A stretch of DNA of 64,000 nt from an uncultured Methanosarcinaceae archaeon. GTDB lineage: Archaea; Halobacteriota; Methanosarcinia; Methanosarcinales; Methanosarcinaceae. Positions 1 to 11,495 of the stretch are shown one piece after another. The stretch's first letter is position 1. Every line of letters starts with the position of its first letter. The DNA lies in the NCBI GenBank assembly GCA_963733675.1, contig CAVTET010000003.1:64001-128000 (forward strand), in the 5' to 3' direction. The notes under the pieces were generated by a model that was given only the letters and a program-made list of their open reading frames with translations, did not search any database and was not told the origin of the DNA. Made by a program: the position numbers and the translations under genes.

Positions 1-213
1 TCTCGATTAAACCTCAATTGATCTTATTCACATATCTTTCTTCCATTATGAGCTATTGTCCAAATTTAGAAGAACATAATAGCTTCTATGGAAAAATCAG
101 AATCAGCCCCACATTCATCATAAGCCGAGTTTTCATTACTAGAAAATGTAATTAGAAGATTTATCATTAAGATAATTTGCAGTTAAGATGATTTATCGCT
201 AAGAGGATTTTTC

Positions 214-1326
214 ATGACTAGAAAAGAGATTTTGATCATTCATCCCCGTCCGAGTTCCATTGTTGCTGCTCTTTACACTCTCAGAGACTTAAATATCGAT
301 GTAGCTATAATGCATGGGCCCTCAGGCTGTTCTTTCAAACATGCGAGGCTGCTCGAAGAAGACGGAATACATGTTGTCACCACAGGCCTTGAAGAGAACA
401 GTTTTGTTTTTGGAGGACACGAGCGACTTGTAAAGCTGATAAAAAGGTCCATCGAACTCTTCAATCCCAAAGTCATCGGAGTTGTCGGAACTTGTGCCAG
501 CATGATCATTGGAGAAGAAATGCATGAAGCTGTTCTCGAGGCGAACCCTGGAGTCCCAGTAATTGAGGTTGAAGTGCATGCAGGTTACCCTGACAACACT
601 AAAGGGGTACTCTATGCCCTGGAATCCGCACTCAATGCAGGGATTATAGATCATAAAGAGTTCGAGCGCCAGGAATACCTCCTGGAAAAAGCCACAGACG
701 TTGAAAAGAGATTTGGAGCAGCGAGCAGGGAATATCTTGCTCCCTCCCGCGGAGATATCAAATATAAGGTCGCTAAGCGAGTAATTCAACTTCTTAAGGA
801 AGGTAAAAAGGGCCTGATCATCATGAATGCTAAGAAGGAAACTGGCTACATGTTTGCAGACATTACCCTTGCAGTCAACGAAGTTGCAGCAGCTTTCAGG
901 ACACATAAAAATCTCATAAATATGGCAAATATCGATCCCGTACTCGGGCTTCCGAGGGTCAGACAACATGCAGAATACATAATGCGGGATCTGAAAGCCC
1001 ATGGAGTTGAAGTGCATGAAATCATTGGAGGAATGGATGAATATCCTATAGCAGGGGAAAAGGTAAGTGAATTGATAAAGGACAAATATGGTGCCTACGA
1101 TTTTGCGGTAATCACAGGCGTTCCACATGCTATACCGATGGAGAACATAAGACATATGGAGTTAATTTCAATTACCAACGGTCCAAGGCAGGTTCTGCCC
1201 TTGAAAGAGATGGGACATGAACATGTTCTGGTTGAAATGGATCTTCACCCGAAAACCCTGGGAGTCAGCAAAATAGTAGAATCCGAATTTGGAGCCACCT
1301 TAAGGGAAATTGCAAAGGAGGCCTAA
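214..1326 (+). CDS. cfbD: Ni-sirohydrochlorin a,c-diamide reductive cyclase, catalytic subunit (NifD-like, F430 biosynthesis)
   Basis: HPRP..HGPSGC and [10 protein letters not shown] motifs of the NflD/CfbD family; followed by NifH-like and CobB-like genes. Confidence 0.93.
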   Translation: MTRKEILIIHPRPSSIVAALYTLRDLNIDVAIMHGPSGCSFKHARLLEEDGIHVVTTGLEENSFVFGGHERLVKLIKRSIELFNPKVIGVVGTCASMIIGEEMHEAVLEANPGVPVIEVEVHAGYPDNTKGVLYALESALNAGIIDHKEFERQEYLLEKATDVEKRFGAASREYLAPSRGDIKYKVAKRVIQLLKEGKKGLIIMNAKKETGYMFADITLAVNEVAAAFRTHKNLINMANIDPVLGLPRVRQHAEYIMRDLKAHGVEVHEIIGGMDEYPIAGEKVSELIKDKYGAYDFAVITGVPHAIPMENIRHMELISITNGPRQVLPLKEMGHEHVLVEMDLHPKTLGVSKIVESEFGATLREIAKEA

Positions 1327-1363
1327 GATAAAAGGGTCAGAATAAAACCAGGAGGAAGATTAT

Positions 1364-2161
1364 TTGAAAAATCAAAAAATCATAGCAATCTATGGGAAAG
1401 GTGGCATAGGCAAGTCGAGTACGGCTTCAAATGTTGCAGCTGCCTGTGCAGAAGCAGGAAATAAAGTTATGATCATAGGCTGTGATCCTAAAAGTGACTC
1501 TTCCATCACCCTGCTTAGAGGCATGAGAATTCCAACCATCCTTGACCTTCTGCGTGATGGTATGGATGTAAAGGAAGAAAATGTGGTTTTTGAAGGTTAT
1601 GCAGGAGTAAAGTGCGTGGAAACAGGCGGTCCGGAGCCAGGCATAGGCTGTGCAGGACGCGGAATTATTGTTGCTATCCAGAAACTAAAAAGCATCTCTG
1701 GTGACCTCTTAAAAGAGCAGGACCTCATCATTTATGATGTTCCTGGAGACATTGTATGTGGCGGTTTTGTGGCCCCTATCAGGAAAGGTTTTGTAAATGA
1801 GACTTATATAATGACATCTGGGGAATATATGCCCCTTTATGCAGCAAATAACATCTGCAAGGGTCTTTCTAAGATAGGAATGCCTCTGAGCGGGATAATA
1901 TGCAATTCTAGAAATGCAAGCAGGGAAGAAGAAATCGTAGCTAAGTTTGCTGAGGAAATTTGCAGCCAACTAATGGCTTTTATTCCAAAAAAGCGTATAG
2001 TTCAGGACTGTGAAAGAGAAGGCTATTCAGTAATGGAAAAGGCACAGGATTCAGATATTGCCGAAATCTACCGCAAGCTTGGAAAAACAATTCTCGAAAA
2101 CGAAAAAAGAAATATAGCTGACTCTCTGAGCGACAAGAGATTGAGAGAATTAACTAAATAA
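1364..2161 (+). CDS. cfbC: Ni-sirohydrochlorin a,c-diamide reductive cyclase, ATP-dependent reductase subunit (NifH-like)
   Basis: [10 protein letters not shown]-loop, [31 protein letters not shown]; TTG start after GGAGG; sits between cfbD and cfbB. Confidence 0.93.
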   Translation: MKNQKIIAIYGKGGIGKSSTASNVAAACAEAGNKVMIIGCDPKSDSSITLLRGMRIPTILDLLRDGMDVKEENVVFEGYAGVKCVETGGPEPGIGCAGRGIIVAIQKLKSISGDLLKEQDLIIYDVPGDIVCGGFVAPIRKGFVNETYIMTSGEYMPLYAANNICKGLSKIGMPLSGIICNSRNASREEEIVAKFAEEICSQLMAFIPKKRIVQDCEREGYSVMEKAQDSDIAEIYRKLGKTILENEKRNIADSLSDKRLRELTK

Positions 2162-2260
2162 GCTGCATTAACAAGTAGACTGTGAAATTATTTAAGTTAC
2201 AATAACCTCCATGGAAAAGAATTCTCAGGCAAAAAAAGAATTCCAAGGGTGTAGAAAAGC

Positions 2261-3739
2261 ATGTTTAATGGTAAACAATCCGGAACAGGAACAAATAGCA
2301 TTCCTAGGATCCTTATTTCTGCAGACCGTTCCTCCTCAGGGAAGACCACTATTTCTATAGGCCTGATGGCTGCCCTTGTTTCAAGAGGATATAGGGTACA
2401 GCCCTTTAAGGTCGCTCTGGATTATATCGACTCAAGCTATCATACCGAAATAACTGGCAGGTTCTGCCGGAATCTTGATGGTTACCTTATGAATAAGGAT
2501 GAAATTCTGGACATCTATACCCATGCCTGCGAAGCCGAAGGTCATACTGATATTGCAATCATAGAAGGTGTTCGTGGCCTTTATGAAGGTTTTGAAAGCT
2601 TAAGTGACCTTGGAAGCACTGCCCAAATCGCAAAGTTGCTCAGTTGTCCAGTGATCTTGGTAATCAATGCACAGAGCATTACTCGTTCAAGTGCCGCTCT
2701 TGTCAACGGATACAAAAACTTCGACCCTGATGTGAATATTGCAGGAGTTATTCTCAATAACATAGGAAGCCGACGTCATGCTGAAAAGGCAAAAGAAGCA
2801 ATTGAGTACTACACCGGTGTTTCTGTAATAGGTATTATTCCCAGAGATCCAGCAATGCAAATTTCCATGCGCCATCTCGGGCTTATGCCAGCTATTGAAG
2901 GCAGAAGAAGGCTGGGAGATGGAGTTTTTGAAGCCAGGCTCATGGGCATTGAGGATATTATCAATAAGGGAATAGATGTTGACCGCATCCTGAAAATTGC
3001 AAGCAGTGCAAAACCTTTAAAAATTCCAGAAAACACAATTTTTTTCTCTACATTCAATGAAAAAGAATGTAAACCGAAAATAGGTATTGCCATGGATGAA
3101 GCTTTCAATTTTTACTATCGTGATAACATCGACCTTCTGAAGCTTGGAGGTGCAGAAATTGTTTACTTCAGCCCTGTTAAAGATCCTGTACTTCCTGAAG
3201 TTGATGGGCTCTATATTGGAGGTGGCTATCCTGAGCTCTTTGCAGCAGAACTTGAAGCTAACGAATCCATGCGCCAAGATATCAAAAAAGCTTCTTCAGA
3301 AGGCATGCCAATATATGCCGAGTGCGGAGGACTGATGTACCTTACAAAAAAAATCAGCACAGGCATCCCTGGAATTGGCACTTACCACTATGCATCAATA
3401 CCAGAATCCACGTACTCGATGGTTGGTGCACTTCCGGGACATACGATCATGGGGCAGACAAGAGTAGTCAGTTACAATATAGGGACTCTTGAAATGGATT
3501 GTCTTATCGGTAAAAAGGGTAATAGCTTTAGAGGACATGAGTTCCACCACTCCGAAATTATAGAAATTCCTGATAGTGCAGAATTTGCAATAGCACTTTC
3601 CAGAGGAACAGGGATAAAAAATAATAGAGACGGACTCATTTCCAAAAATACCCTCGGATCTTACGCTCATCTGCATGGAGTGGCATACAGGGAGCTGGTA
3701 GGCTCAATTGTAGAGGCTGCCAGGAAGTTTAAAGAGTGA
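2261..3739 (+). CDS. cfbB: Ni-sirohydrochlorin a,c-diamide synthase (CobB/CbiA family)
   Basis: SSSGKTT, QPFKV..DYID, EGVRGLYEG, glutaminase AECGG and GHEFHHS motifs; cfb cluster context. Confidence 0.9.
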   Translation: MFNGKQSGTGTNSIPRILISADRSSSGKTTISIGLMAALVSRGYRVQPFKVALDYIDSSYHTEITGRFCRNLDGYLMNKDEILDIYTHACEAEGHTDIAIIEGVRGLYEGFESLSDLGSTAQIAKLLSCPVILVINAQSITRSSAALVNGYKNFDPDVNIAGVILNNIGSRRHAEKAKEAIEYYTGVSVIGIIPRDPAMQISMRHLGLMPAIEGRRRLGDGVFEARLMGIEDIINKGIDVDRILKIASSAKPLKIPENTIFFSTFNEKECKPKIGIAMDEAFNFYYRDNIDLLKLGGAEIVYFSPVKDPVLPEVDGLYIGGGYPELFAAELEANESMRQDIKKASSEGMPIYAECGGLMYLTKKISTGIPGIGTYHYASIPESTYSMVGALPGHTIMGQTRVVSYNIGTLEMDCLIGKKGNSFRGHEFHHSEIIEIPDSAEFAIALSRGTGIKNNRDGLISKNTLGSYAHLHGVAYRELVGSIVEAARKFKE

Positions 3740-3985
3740 AAAGTTTTTTCATAAACCTGTTCTTATGCGTGCATAAAAAATTGCTTGTAAGCAACAAGCT
3801 CATGTAAACATTACAGAGGAATTATATAAACCCCAATAACGTACAGGCCTTGAGTTTATAAAGGTAAGGAAAAAAATATTAGATCAAACCAGATTATGAA
3901 GCAAACCAGTTTAGATCAAATCGGATTAATAATAAGCAAGGTTATTGAAAATAACCCGTCTTTATTTTATTTTCAGGTGAACCTA

Positions 3986-5038
3986 TTGAGAACACAACTT
4001 ATAGGAGACAAAGTCCTTGCTGGAAAAGAAGCTGTAGCTGAACTTTATAAAACTAGCTATTTTGGGCATCCTAAAGATGATGTGCTCGAACTCTCGCTCT
4101 TAGAAGCCGCCTTTCTACTGTCCAGAGGAAAGCTCGAGATTGAAATAGGAGGCAGAATAGTCGATTTCAAATATTTTTTCGAGCAAGCTTCTCTAAAGCA
4201 GCAGAATTTTGAGCTGAAGTACATAGTTTATAAGGACTTAAAGGATCGAGGGTATTATGTCCAGCCATCAGCTGTGGATTTTAGGGTATATCCAAGAGGC
4301 AGCCACCCCGGTAAAAGTGCAGCAAAAATTTTTGTTCGTGTCCAATCAGAGAGGCAGCATCTTCCTGTAAAAATTCTTCAAGAGGTAGTTACAGCGTCAG
4401 AAAATGTACACAAACAGTTTATTCTTGCTGTGGTTGATGAAGAAGGAGACATCACTTTCTACGAAGTTAAAACTGAAGTCCCTAAAGGAGAAATGACTCT
4501 GCAACTTTCTACAGTCAAAACAGATGCGACTTTCCTGGAAGACAGGGTAATATCCTGGGATTCTAAAGCCTCCGAAACTCTATATAACAGGGGATTTTAC
4601 GGAAAAATGCTTGACTCAGAAAGGCTGCAGCTCTCCCTGGTTGAGTCCCTTTACCTTTTATCCAAAGGAATAATAACGATTCGAGATAGGAGAAGTAAGG
4701 TGTTCTCTTTCGATGAATTTATAGAAAAAGCCTCTGAAATTGAAAGTTCTTTTTTCAGGAAATATAGCATATATAAAAACCTCAGGGATTCCGGCCATGT
4801 TGTCAAAACCGGCTTTAAGTTCGGCACGCATTTCAGGGTCTACAAAAAAGTCGAGTCAATAGAAAGAATTCCGCATTCAGAATACCTTGTAAATACCATT
4901 CCTACTGAGTTTGAATTCAGGCTTCCAGTTATGTCAGGAGCAGTACGGCTTGCAAACAGCGTGCATAAGACAATGCTTTTTGCAGTAGAAAAAAGGGATG
5001 AGATAAAGTATCTAAATATCGGCAGAATTAAAATGTGA
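3986..5038 (+). CDS. endA: tRNA-intron endonuclease (two-unit euryarchaeal type)
   Basis: Duplicated unit with VYKDLKDRGY and KTGFKFGTHFRVY..HSEY; start moved to TTG 3986 after AGGTGA (ORF track start 3896). Confidence 0.92.
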   Translation: MRTQLIGDKVLAGKEAVAELYKTSYFGHPKDDVLELSLLEAAFLLSRGKLEIEIGGRIVDFKYFFEQASLKQQNFELKYIVYKDLKDRGYYVQPSAVDFRVYPRGSHPGKSAAKIFVRVQSERQHLPVKILQEVVTASENVHKQFILAVVDEEGDITFYEVKTEVPKGEMTLQLSTVKTDATFLEDRVISWDSKASETLYNRGFYGKMLDSERLQLSLVESLYLLSKGIITIRDRRSKVFSFDEFIEKASEIESSFFRKYSIYKNLRDSGHVVKTGFKFGTHFRVYKKVESIERIPHSEYLVNTIPTEFEFRLPVMSGAVRLANSVHKTMLFAVEKRDEIKYLNIGRIKM

Positions 5039-5124
5039 TATATTGAAAGTATTTTTTCGACTATTGCCCTTACCTTTCACCTTATTATTCATAAAAATCG
5101 GATCTTCAACCGAGAGTGAAATAA

Positions 5125-5520
5125 ATGTGGGATATCATTGCAGTGGACATTTCTGGTAGACATAGGATTAAAAGAAGTTATTACATGGTCTGTGCTGCAG
5201 CTGCCCTTAAAGTCTCAGCCAGCCATATCGAAAAGATCAAGCAAATAAAAATTCAGCCCCTCTGGATCAAAAATGATCCTATTTTATTAGATATCGTACA
5301 GCTGATTGAAGATACGGCTGATCAGCTTTCCTTTGAAGGCACGATTGTGGCAGAAAGAGGTGATATATACAATAAACCCCTATGGGTTCCAGAATTAATG
5401 TTTTCCAGGGCTTTCAAATACCAGGAATCCATTGCAGAGAGAAGGGCAATCGAACTTGTACATCATATTTCATTGAGCGCCCGAAATTTACTTATTAACA
5501 AACTTGAAATCGAGATATGA
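5125..5520 (+). CDS. conserved methanogen protein (DUF2209-like)
   Basis: AVDISGRH N-terminal motif and ELVHHISLSAR C-terminal motif; overlaps hflX start (ATGA). Confidence 0.65.
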   Translation: MWDIIAVDISGRHRIKRSYYMVCAAAALKVSASHIEKIKQIKIQPLWIKNDPILLDIVQLIEDTADQLSFEGTIVAERGDIYNKPLWVPELMFSRAFKYQESIAERRAIELVHHISLSARNLLINKLEIEI

Positions 5521-6809
5521 CAATTTCAGATGAAAATAAAATAAGTAGCGAGAGTAAGGTAATTCTCGTTAAAAGAGCTAGCCCTAATTCAGATCCTGAA
5601 CATGAGGCGATTCTCTTCCAGGAACTTAAGGAACTGGCAAGAGCTGCAGGCTATCTTACGGTTGGTAAACTTACTCAGACCAGGTTTCAGGACTCAAGAT
5701 ATCAACTTGGGAAAGGGAAAATAGAGGAACTTGCCGAATTTGTGAGAAGCACAGAGACAGAAAAAGTGATTTTCTACAACAGGCTTTCTACAAAGCAGCT
5801 GTTCAACATTTCGAAAATTTGTCAATGCCATGTTATAGACAAATTCCAGCTTATCTTTGAAATATTTGCGAAAAGAGCAATTACCCATCGCTCAAAGCTA
5901 CAGTTGGAACTTGCACGGTTAAAATATGAAGTTTCAAGAGCAAAAGCGGTTGTTTCCTTACTGAAAAAAGATGAAAGGCCAGGATTCATGGGGCTTGGAG
6001 ATTATGAGAACTCTTTTGAACAGGATCTGAAGAAAAGAATCTCAAGAATTGAAAGTGAACTTGAATCGGCAGAAAAGGACGATGAATCTCTGCGGGCTTT
6101 CAGGCATAGGAAAGGTTTTTCTGTAATTTCCCTTGCAGGATACACAAATGCAGGAAAAAGCACTCTTTTCAATGCTATTGTGAATGAAAGTGTTGAGGTA
6201 AAAGATATGCTCTTTACAACACTTGTGCCTATGACCCGCGCCCTGGACCTTGGCGGAAGAAAAGCCCTTCTGACCGATACCGTGGGGTTTATCAAGGATC
6301 TTCCTCATTGGCTGGTTGATGCCTTTAAATCCACATTAAACGAAATTTATCTATCAGATCTTATCCTCCTGGTCGTGGATGTGAGCGAAAAGCCTGAGAT
6401 AATCCTTCAAAAGCTCTCGACGTCCCATGATACTCTATGGGACAAGATCCATGGTGTTCCTGTCATCACAGTGCTTAACAAAACCGATCTACTTAAAGAA
6501 TTTGAGCTTGAGAATATTATGAAACAGATAGAACATATGGCTCCAAATCCTGTATTTGTCGCAGCAAAAGAAGAAACCGGTATTTCTTCGCTAAAAGCTG
6601 AAATCATAAAGCATTTACCTGCCTGGTCTTTCTCTTCGCTCACCCTGCCAAATTCAGAGAAAGGGATGTCAATTCTATCATGGCTGTACGAAGAAGGAAT
6701 AGTACACAAAGTTGAATATGAGAAGTGGATTACTGTGGATTACGAAGCCAGGCTAGAGATAATTAAGAGGGCTCAAGCTTTGGTACACTACCAATCAGAT
6801 GAATACTAA
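5517..6809 (+). CDS. hflX: GTPase HflX
   Basis: GYTNAGKSTL, LFTTL, DTVGFI and NKTD motifs; N-terminal GKGK and QLELARLKY. Confidence 0.95.
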   Translation: MTISDENKISSESKVILVKRASPNSDPEHEAILFQELKELARAAGYLTVGKLTQTRFQDSRYQLGKGKIEELAEFVRSTETEKVIFYNRLSTKQLFNISKICQCHVIDKFQLIFEIFAKRAITHRSKLQLELARLKYEVSRAKAVVSLLKKDERPGFMGLGDYENSFEQDLKKRISRIESELESAEKDDESLRAFRHRKGFSVISLAGYTNAGKSTLFNAIVNESVEVKDMLFTTLVPMTRALDLGGRKALLTDTVGFIKDLPHWLVDAFKSTLNEIYLSDLILLVVDVSEKPEIILQKLSTSHDTLWDKIHGVPVITVLNKTDLLKEFELENIMKQIEHMAPNPVFVAAKEETGISSLKAEIIKHLPAWSFSSLTLPNSEKGMSILSWLYEEGIVHKVEYEKWITVDYEARLEIIKRAQALVHYQSDEY

Positions 6810-6899
6810 GTAGCTTCTTGGTTCATTCCCTTCTCTTTTGAGAACAAGTCTCCAATTGCATCCCCGAATTTCACATGTGTCAGATTCCATTTAGATTTT

Positions 6900-7953
6900 A
6901 ATAAATAAGAGCGAATTTTTTGATGTTAATTGCAGCACTAATGTCTCTAGCATATTTTGGCTTTCAATCAGTACATTTCCATTGATTATCTTTTAGTATT
7001 AGTATTATATCAGAGTTATGGTATCCACAAACATGACAGATCTGGGATGATAGTTCAAATTTACCTATTATAAGAATGTTTTTTCTTTACCTTTCTGATT
7101 TATACTCTAATTTTGCTACAAAACTACTCCACGCAAAATAATCTATAGCCTATGCTAAATGGTAATTCGTAATCATGCCTTTAACATTCAATGTTTCAAT
7201 AGCTATTACTTGGTTCTCAGTAACAAGTTTAAAAGAAAATTTGTACTGAAAAACATTTCTCCGATTTGTTATTTTTTCGTGAAGTACAGCAATTTTTTGT
7301 TTGGCTTTTTCTCTGTTTGTAGGACCGTTCTATTTTCGACTAACTCTTTTTTGGAGTACTTTAAGTCTATTCAAAAAATTTTTTAAGTAGTAGGATTTTC
7401 AACCTTTTCTCCAGTAAAAATAACAACAAAATCTTTTCTCCCAACCTTTACACCAATAGTCGTAGATTCAGAAAACACCTGTTTAACTAGAAGTTCTTTT
7501 ACATCCTCCACTAAAATGCTGATATAGTACTTTCCTGTGCAAGAATTCGAAATAGTAGCGATTTTTAATTCTCCTTCAAATGTTTTGTGAAGAACTGCTT
7601 TGATTTTTCCAATCTTAGGAAGCTTAATAGTATTGTTTTCAAAATCCACATTGTAGTGTTGTAGTATAGGGAATGACTGAATTGGATTCGTCTTTGATTT
7701 GAATTTAGGAAAACCATTCTTTTATCTGAACAATATAGTGAATGTAGATTCTACCTGTTTAGCCATACCCTGGAGTGATTTGGAATCAGTTTGTTTAAGT
7801 CAAACCTATAAATTGACTTTCCGATTTGCTCATTTGTTTTCACTTTCTGATCAAGCGCCTAATTATAGACAAACCTACAACTACCAATATGTTGATTAAG
7901 CTGTTTAGATTGGTCAATTGTTGGATATAGCCTAAACTTGAATGCTTTTATAA
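6900..7953 (-). pseudogene. tnpB: TnpB (IS605 OrfB) pseudogene
   Basis: Fragments KAFKFRLYPT..GSCRFVYN, IKLPKIG..KYYISIL and RD.SAAINIKK, with stops and frameshifts. Confidence 0.85.
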
Positions 7954-7998
7954 TACACTACTTAAGATTATTTAATAACATATACATTTTTTATAAAT

Positions 7999-8390
7999 AT
8001 GCGGTATGAACATAGGAACCATAGTAAATTTTTGTTTAGGTATCACATTATCTTTGTATGCAAGTATCGGAAAAAGATACTAGAACAGATTGATAAAGAA
8101 CTCAAACAAAGAATTCATGACATTGAAAAATAGGCGATTTTGAAATACTATAAATGAAAACGACAAAGACCACATTCATCTACCTATTAAGAGTGAGCCA
8201 AAAGTCAGACTCTTGCGATCATTCTAAAACTGAAAAAAGAGACAACAATTAGGCTATGGAAAAATCAAAAAGAGTATTTGAAAAAATACTATAGCAAAGA
8301 ACATACACTATGGAGTGAGGATAGTTCGCATCTTCTATCGGCAAGGTTAGCAAAAAAGCAGCCGAGAATTACATCTTGACCCAGGTTTAA
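7999..8390 (+). pseudogene. tnpA: IS200/IS605 Y1 transposase TnpA pseudogene
   Basis: MRYEHRNHSKFLFRYHIIFVCKYRKKIL, DHIHLP (HUH) and HTLWS fragments; frameshifted. Confidence 0.85.
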
Positions 8391-8972
8391 AGTGGACACT
8401 TACATCCACTGGGCTGAGTACCCAATGGTTTTACGCTTTCTCCGATAAATGCTCATTCTGAAAGACTGAACCATTTTAAGGCTGATATCAACGAATTTAA
8501 TGTACCTAGCCGATTTCAGTATTGTGTGTTCCTTCGTTTTTATGGAGAAATATCGGAAGAATTTATAAAACAATGTTTGCAAAAAAATTGGAAAATACAC
8601 AACTGAGAGAATTTCTACAGAACCATAATCCGTTGAAAAGAATCAATTTTTGGGAAATTGCAAAAATCTTGGCTCAAGATAACGAGCTGTGAATGAGAAC
8701 AAGAATCTTCAGATTGAAATATCCAGAATAATTTTCTGCTGGGAAAACTTGATTTTTGCTTGTTATATTGATAAGTATGTAATTTTGACAAGAAAAATTC
8801 ATGAAATTTAAAATAATGGAAATGATGAGTATGGCAAAAATGATTGAATGAAAAGTTCAAACTGCTTTAAATTTAAGAGAGCGAATTGAGAAACTGCAAA
8901 AATAAGTTAATTTGAGGATACTAAACTAAAAAAATATTTTAGACTCTTTAAACATCCAAATCGGATAAAATA

Positions 8973-9064
8973 TAGAAAATTTCGATAAACATCTAATTTT
9001 CACGAGTCATTTAGATATAACTTATAAGCACATGACAAAATTAAGCAATATATCGAAATTAGTT
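8973..9064 (+). repeat. ~92-bp MITE family A copy
   Basis: TAGAAAATTTCGATAAAC...TATCGAAATT ends; internal ATTTTCACG..TCATTT shared with other copies. Confidence 0.65.
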
Positions 9065-9169
9065 ATAAATTCTGTTGAACTTTATTATTATGTTCTATCC
9101 TTATGCGCCAATCAAATTGGTCAAAAAGATATTCAATAATGATACTTCTCAGGTTCCACTGAATCAAAG

Positions 9170-9790
9170 TTGCGCTGGCGCACCCCGCTACAAGCAACGG
9201 GGTATGTTCGCGCCACCGCTCTGGTTTTAATGGCTATTAAAAATCGAGTATTTTCATTTGCTGATATGCTTCTTTTTTCCCCGTTTCCCTGATTTTCAAC
9301 ATAGTTTTTGATAACATCTGAAGTTGTTCCATCTTCTATAGTTCCAGTGTAACCTCCATCATTCCACAGTTCACCACCCTAAAGCTGTTTTTTGATTTAA
9401 GGGTATTGTTTAAAGATTTATCTTGCTATAATACTTTTTATAATTTGCATGACTTTTGAAGGAGAATACTTTGGTTCAGCTCCAACAAAAAGATGTACAT
9501 GATCGCCATCATTACCAATTGCATCAAACTCAAAACAGTATCTTTCACTAATTTCAAAGCATACGTTTTTCAAAAAGTTGATGAATTCTGTCCCTAAAAA
9601 AAGATTTTTACGGTACTTCAAACAAAAAAAACCATGTGATATCTTATTATATATACACAATGGTTTGCACGTCTTAGTTCCATTTACAGTACAAATGTAG
9701 CAAAAAATATAAATTTATTATTTAACAACGGTTATCTGGGAAGTTTTCCATCCCCGCAGCAAGCTGCGGGGTATTCGACTGAAGTAAAAT
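9170..9790 (-). mobile_element. tnpA: IS200-type element with frameshifted tnpA (about 9237-9683)
   Basis: KYRK, GDHVHLFV and QIIKSI fragments; end hairpins CCCCGCAGCAAGCTGCGGGG (about 9752-9771) and CCCCGCTACAAGCAACGGGG (about 9183-9202). Confidence 0.88.
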
Positions 9791-9842
9791 GAAAGTGAGG
9801 ATTAATGCTTTAAGGGAAAGTTCCATATATTCAAGAGAAAAT

Positions 9843-10859
9843 ATGGGCACAAACATAAGCGATCTGCTTCAGAAAAGAAAAATTGAGCTTTCAAGCCTTT
9901 CGAACCAAGTGATTGCCATCGATGCATTTAACACGTTGCACCAATTCTTAAGCAATATTCGCCAGCGAGACGGTAGTCCTCTGGTTGATTCTGGAGGGAG
10001 AATAACCTCTCACATATCAGGCCTGCTCTACCGGACAGCAAACTTTGTTGAAGCTGGGATCAAACCTATCTTCGTCTTTGACGGCAAACCTCCTGAATTA
10101 AAATCTGAAACTCTGAGCCGTAGGAAAGAAGTCAGGGAATCTGCAATGGAAAAATGGGAGATTGCAAAAGCTGAGGGGGATCTTGAAACTGCTTATAAGT
10201 ATGCTCAGGCTTCGTCAAGGGTGAAACCTGAAATCGTTGAAGATTCGAAATATCTTCTTAACATTATGGGAATTCCCTTTGTTCAAGCTCCCAGTGAAGG
10301 AGAAGCGCAAGCTGCGCATATGATCCTCAAAAAGGATGCAAACTGCATTGCTTCCCAAGACTATGATTCCTTACTTTTTGGAGCCCCAATAATTATTAGG
10401 AACCTTGCTGTCACTGGAAAGCGTAAGTTACCTGGGAAGGATGTTTATGTTAATGTTGAACCCGAAATAATTGAATTGGAAGAAACCCTTTTCAATCTCG
10501 GAATCAACAGAGAACAGCTTATAGATATTGCAATTTGTGTGGGCACAGATTATAATAAAGGCCTGAAAAAAGTAGGCTCGAAAACAGCCCTTATGCTTAT
10601 CAAAAAATATGGTTCTATCCATGCCGTGCTCCGTGAGAGAGGGATAGAGATCGAGGCTTTGGATAGCATCAGGGAACTTTTTATCCACCCTGAAGTAACT
10701 GATGATTATAAGATCAAATGGAGGAAACCTGACTCTGAAAAACTTGTCGAATTCCTCTGTGACAGTCATGGTTTTTCGGTTGAAAGAATTGAAAAAGCTA
10801 TAGAACGCCTTAAAACCTGTTCAACAACAAGTCAGAAAACTCTAGAACAATGGTTTTAA
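9843..10859 (+). CDS. fen: flap endonuclease 1
   Basis: [42 protein letters not shown] and C-terminal PIP box QKTLEQWF; start at MGTNI. Confidence 0.97.
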   Translation: MGTNISDLLQKRKIELSSLSNQVIAIDAFNTLHQFLSNIRQRDGSPLVDSGGRITSHISGLLYRTANFVEAGIKPIFVFDGKPPELKSETLSRRKEVRESAMEKWEIAKAEGDLETAYKYAQASSRVKPEIVEDSKYLLNIMGIPFVQAPSEGEAQAAHMILKKDANCIASQDYDSLLFGAPIIIRNLAVTGKRKLPGKDVYVNVEPEIIELEETLFNLGINREQLIDIAICVGTDYNKGLKKVGSKTALMLIKKYGSIHAVLRERGIEIEALDSIRELFIHPEVTDDYKIKWRKPDSEKLVEFLCDSHGFSVERIEKAIERLKTCSTTSQKTLEQWF

Positions 10860-10879
10860 CGGAATTGATTATTCAATAA

Positions 10880-11115
10880 ATAGTTCTTTAGATATCAAGT
10901 CAACTCTTAACACAAATTCTTATTAAATATTCGTGACTATTCAACTTGGAAAAACAATATCAATAACAAGCTTTACAAAAATTTAATGAGCAGATTTTTG
11001 TGAACTCATTTCTTTAGCTGTCGGCCATATAGCATGTTTTTTATTTTTGTTACAAGTTGCTAATCAAAAATATATATTGCTGCAAAATAAATATCATCAA
11101 ACTAATTTTAAGTAA
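10880..11115. repeat. ~230-bp dispersed repeat, copy 1
   Basis: Collinear similarity to about 34590-34810 (TTCAAC.TGG.AAAACAATA, AAAATT.A.TGAG, TTTCTTTAGCTGT). Confidence 0.55.
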
Positions 11116-11495
11116 GTCAAATAGTTATTAATATACTGCCAACGAGACATGGACTGACAAAATAGGACTGAGCTCCAAAAGAAGAGTACACAAATACCCA
11201 TACAAATGACTTTATGAGCTCTGAGATTATTTCCATGGACTGGAATCCTGTGGAACTAAGTAGTCCCTTAAATAACATAAGGCCATAGGATTTTTTCAAA
11301 TCTTTGCTTACAAACTCCAGGAAGCACAGCCCTTTTCGCAGATACGATCCATAATTTTGGGATTTCTAAAGACAGACCAACTTTAAAAAATAAAACGTTT
11401 TTAATATCTTCCCAGAAACATAAAAACAGGATTTAGTTAAGCACAAAATCTTTTCTTCGAAATCTTGATATGAGATTATCCGAATCTACACAAAT

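Larger units (their letters stand above)
6783..8460. mobile_element. degenerate IS605-group element (divergent tnpB and tnpA)
   Basis: tnpB remnant on minus and tnpA remnant on plus; subterminal hairpin-like ends at about 6783-6817 and 8405-8440. Confidence 0.8.

Noticed and set aside
322-1155. 277-aa minus-strand ORF and similar ORFs inside core genes and copA
   Set aside because: Antisense shadows of well-supported genes
214-2161. Nitrogenase nifD/nifH
   Set aside because: Short single NifD-like subunit, no nifK/E/N, and an adjacent CobB-like gene: this is the known cfb F430 cluster
9789-9842. N-terminal extension of FEN-1 in the ORF track
   Set aside because: The upstream ATG lies at the IS200 terminus; the family starts at MG
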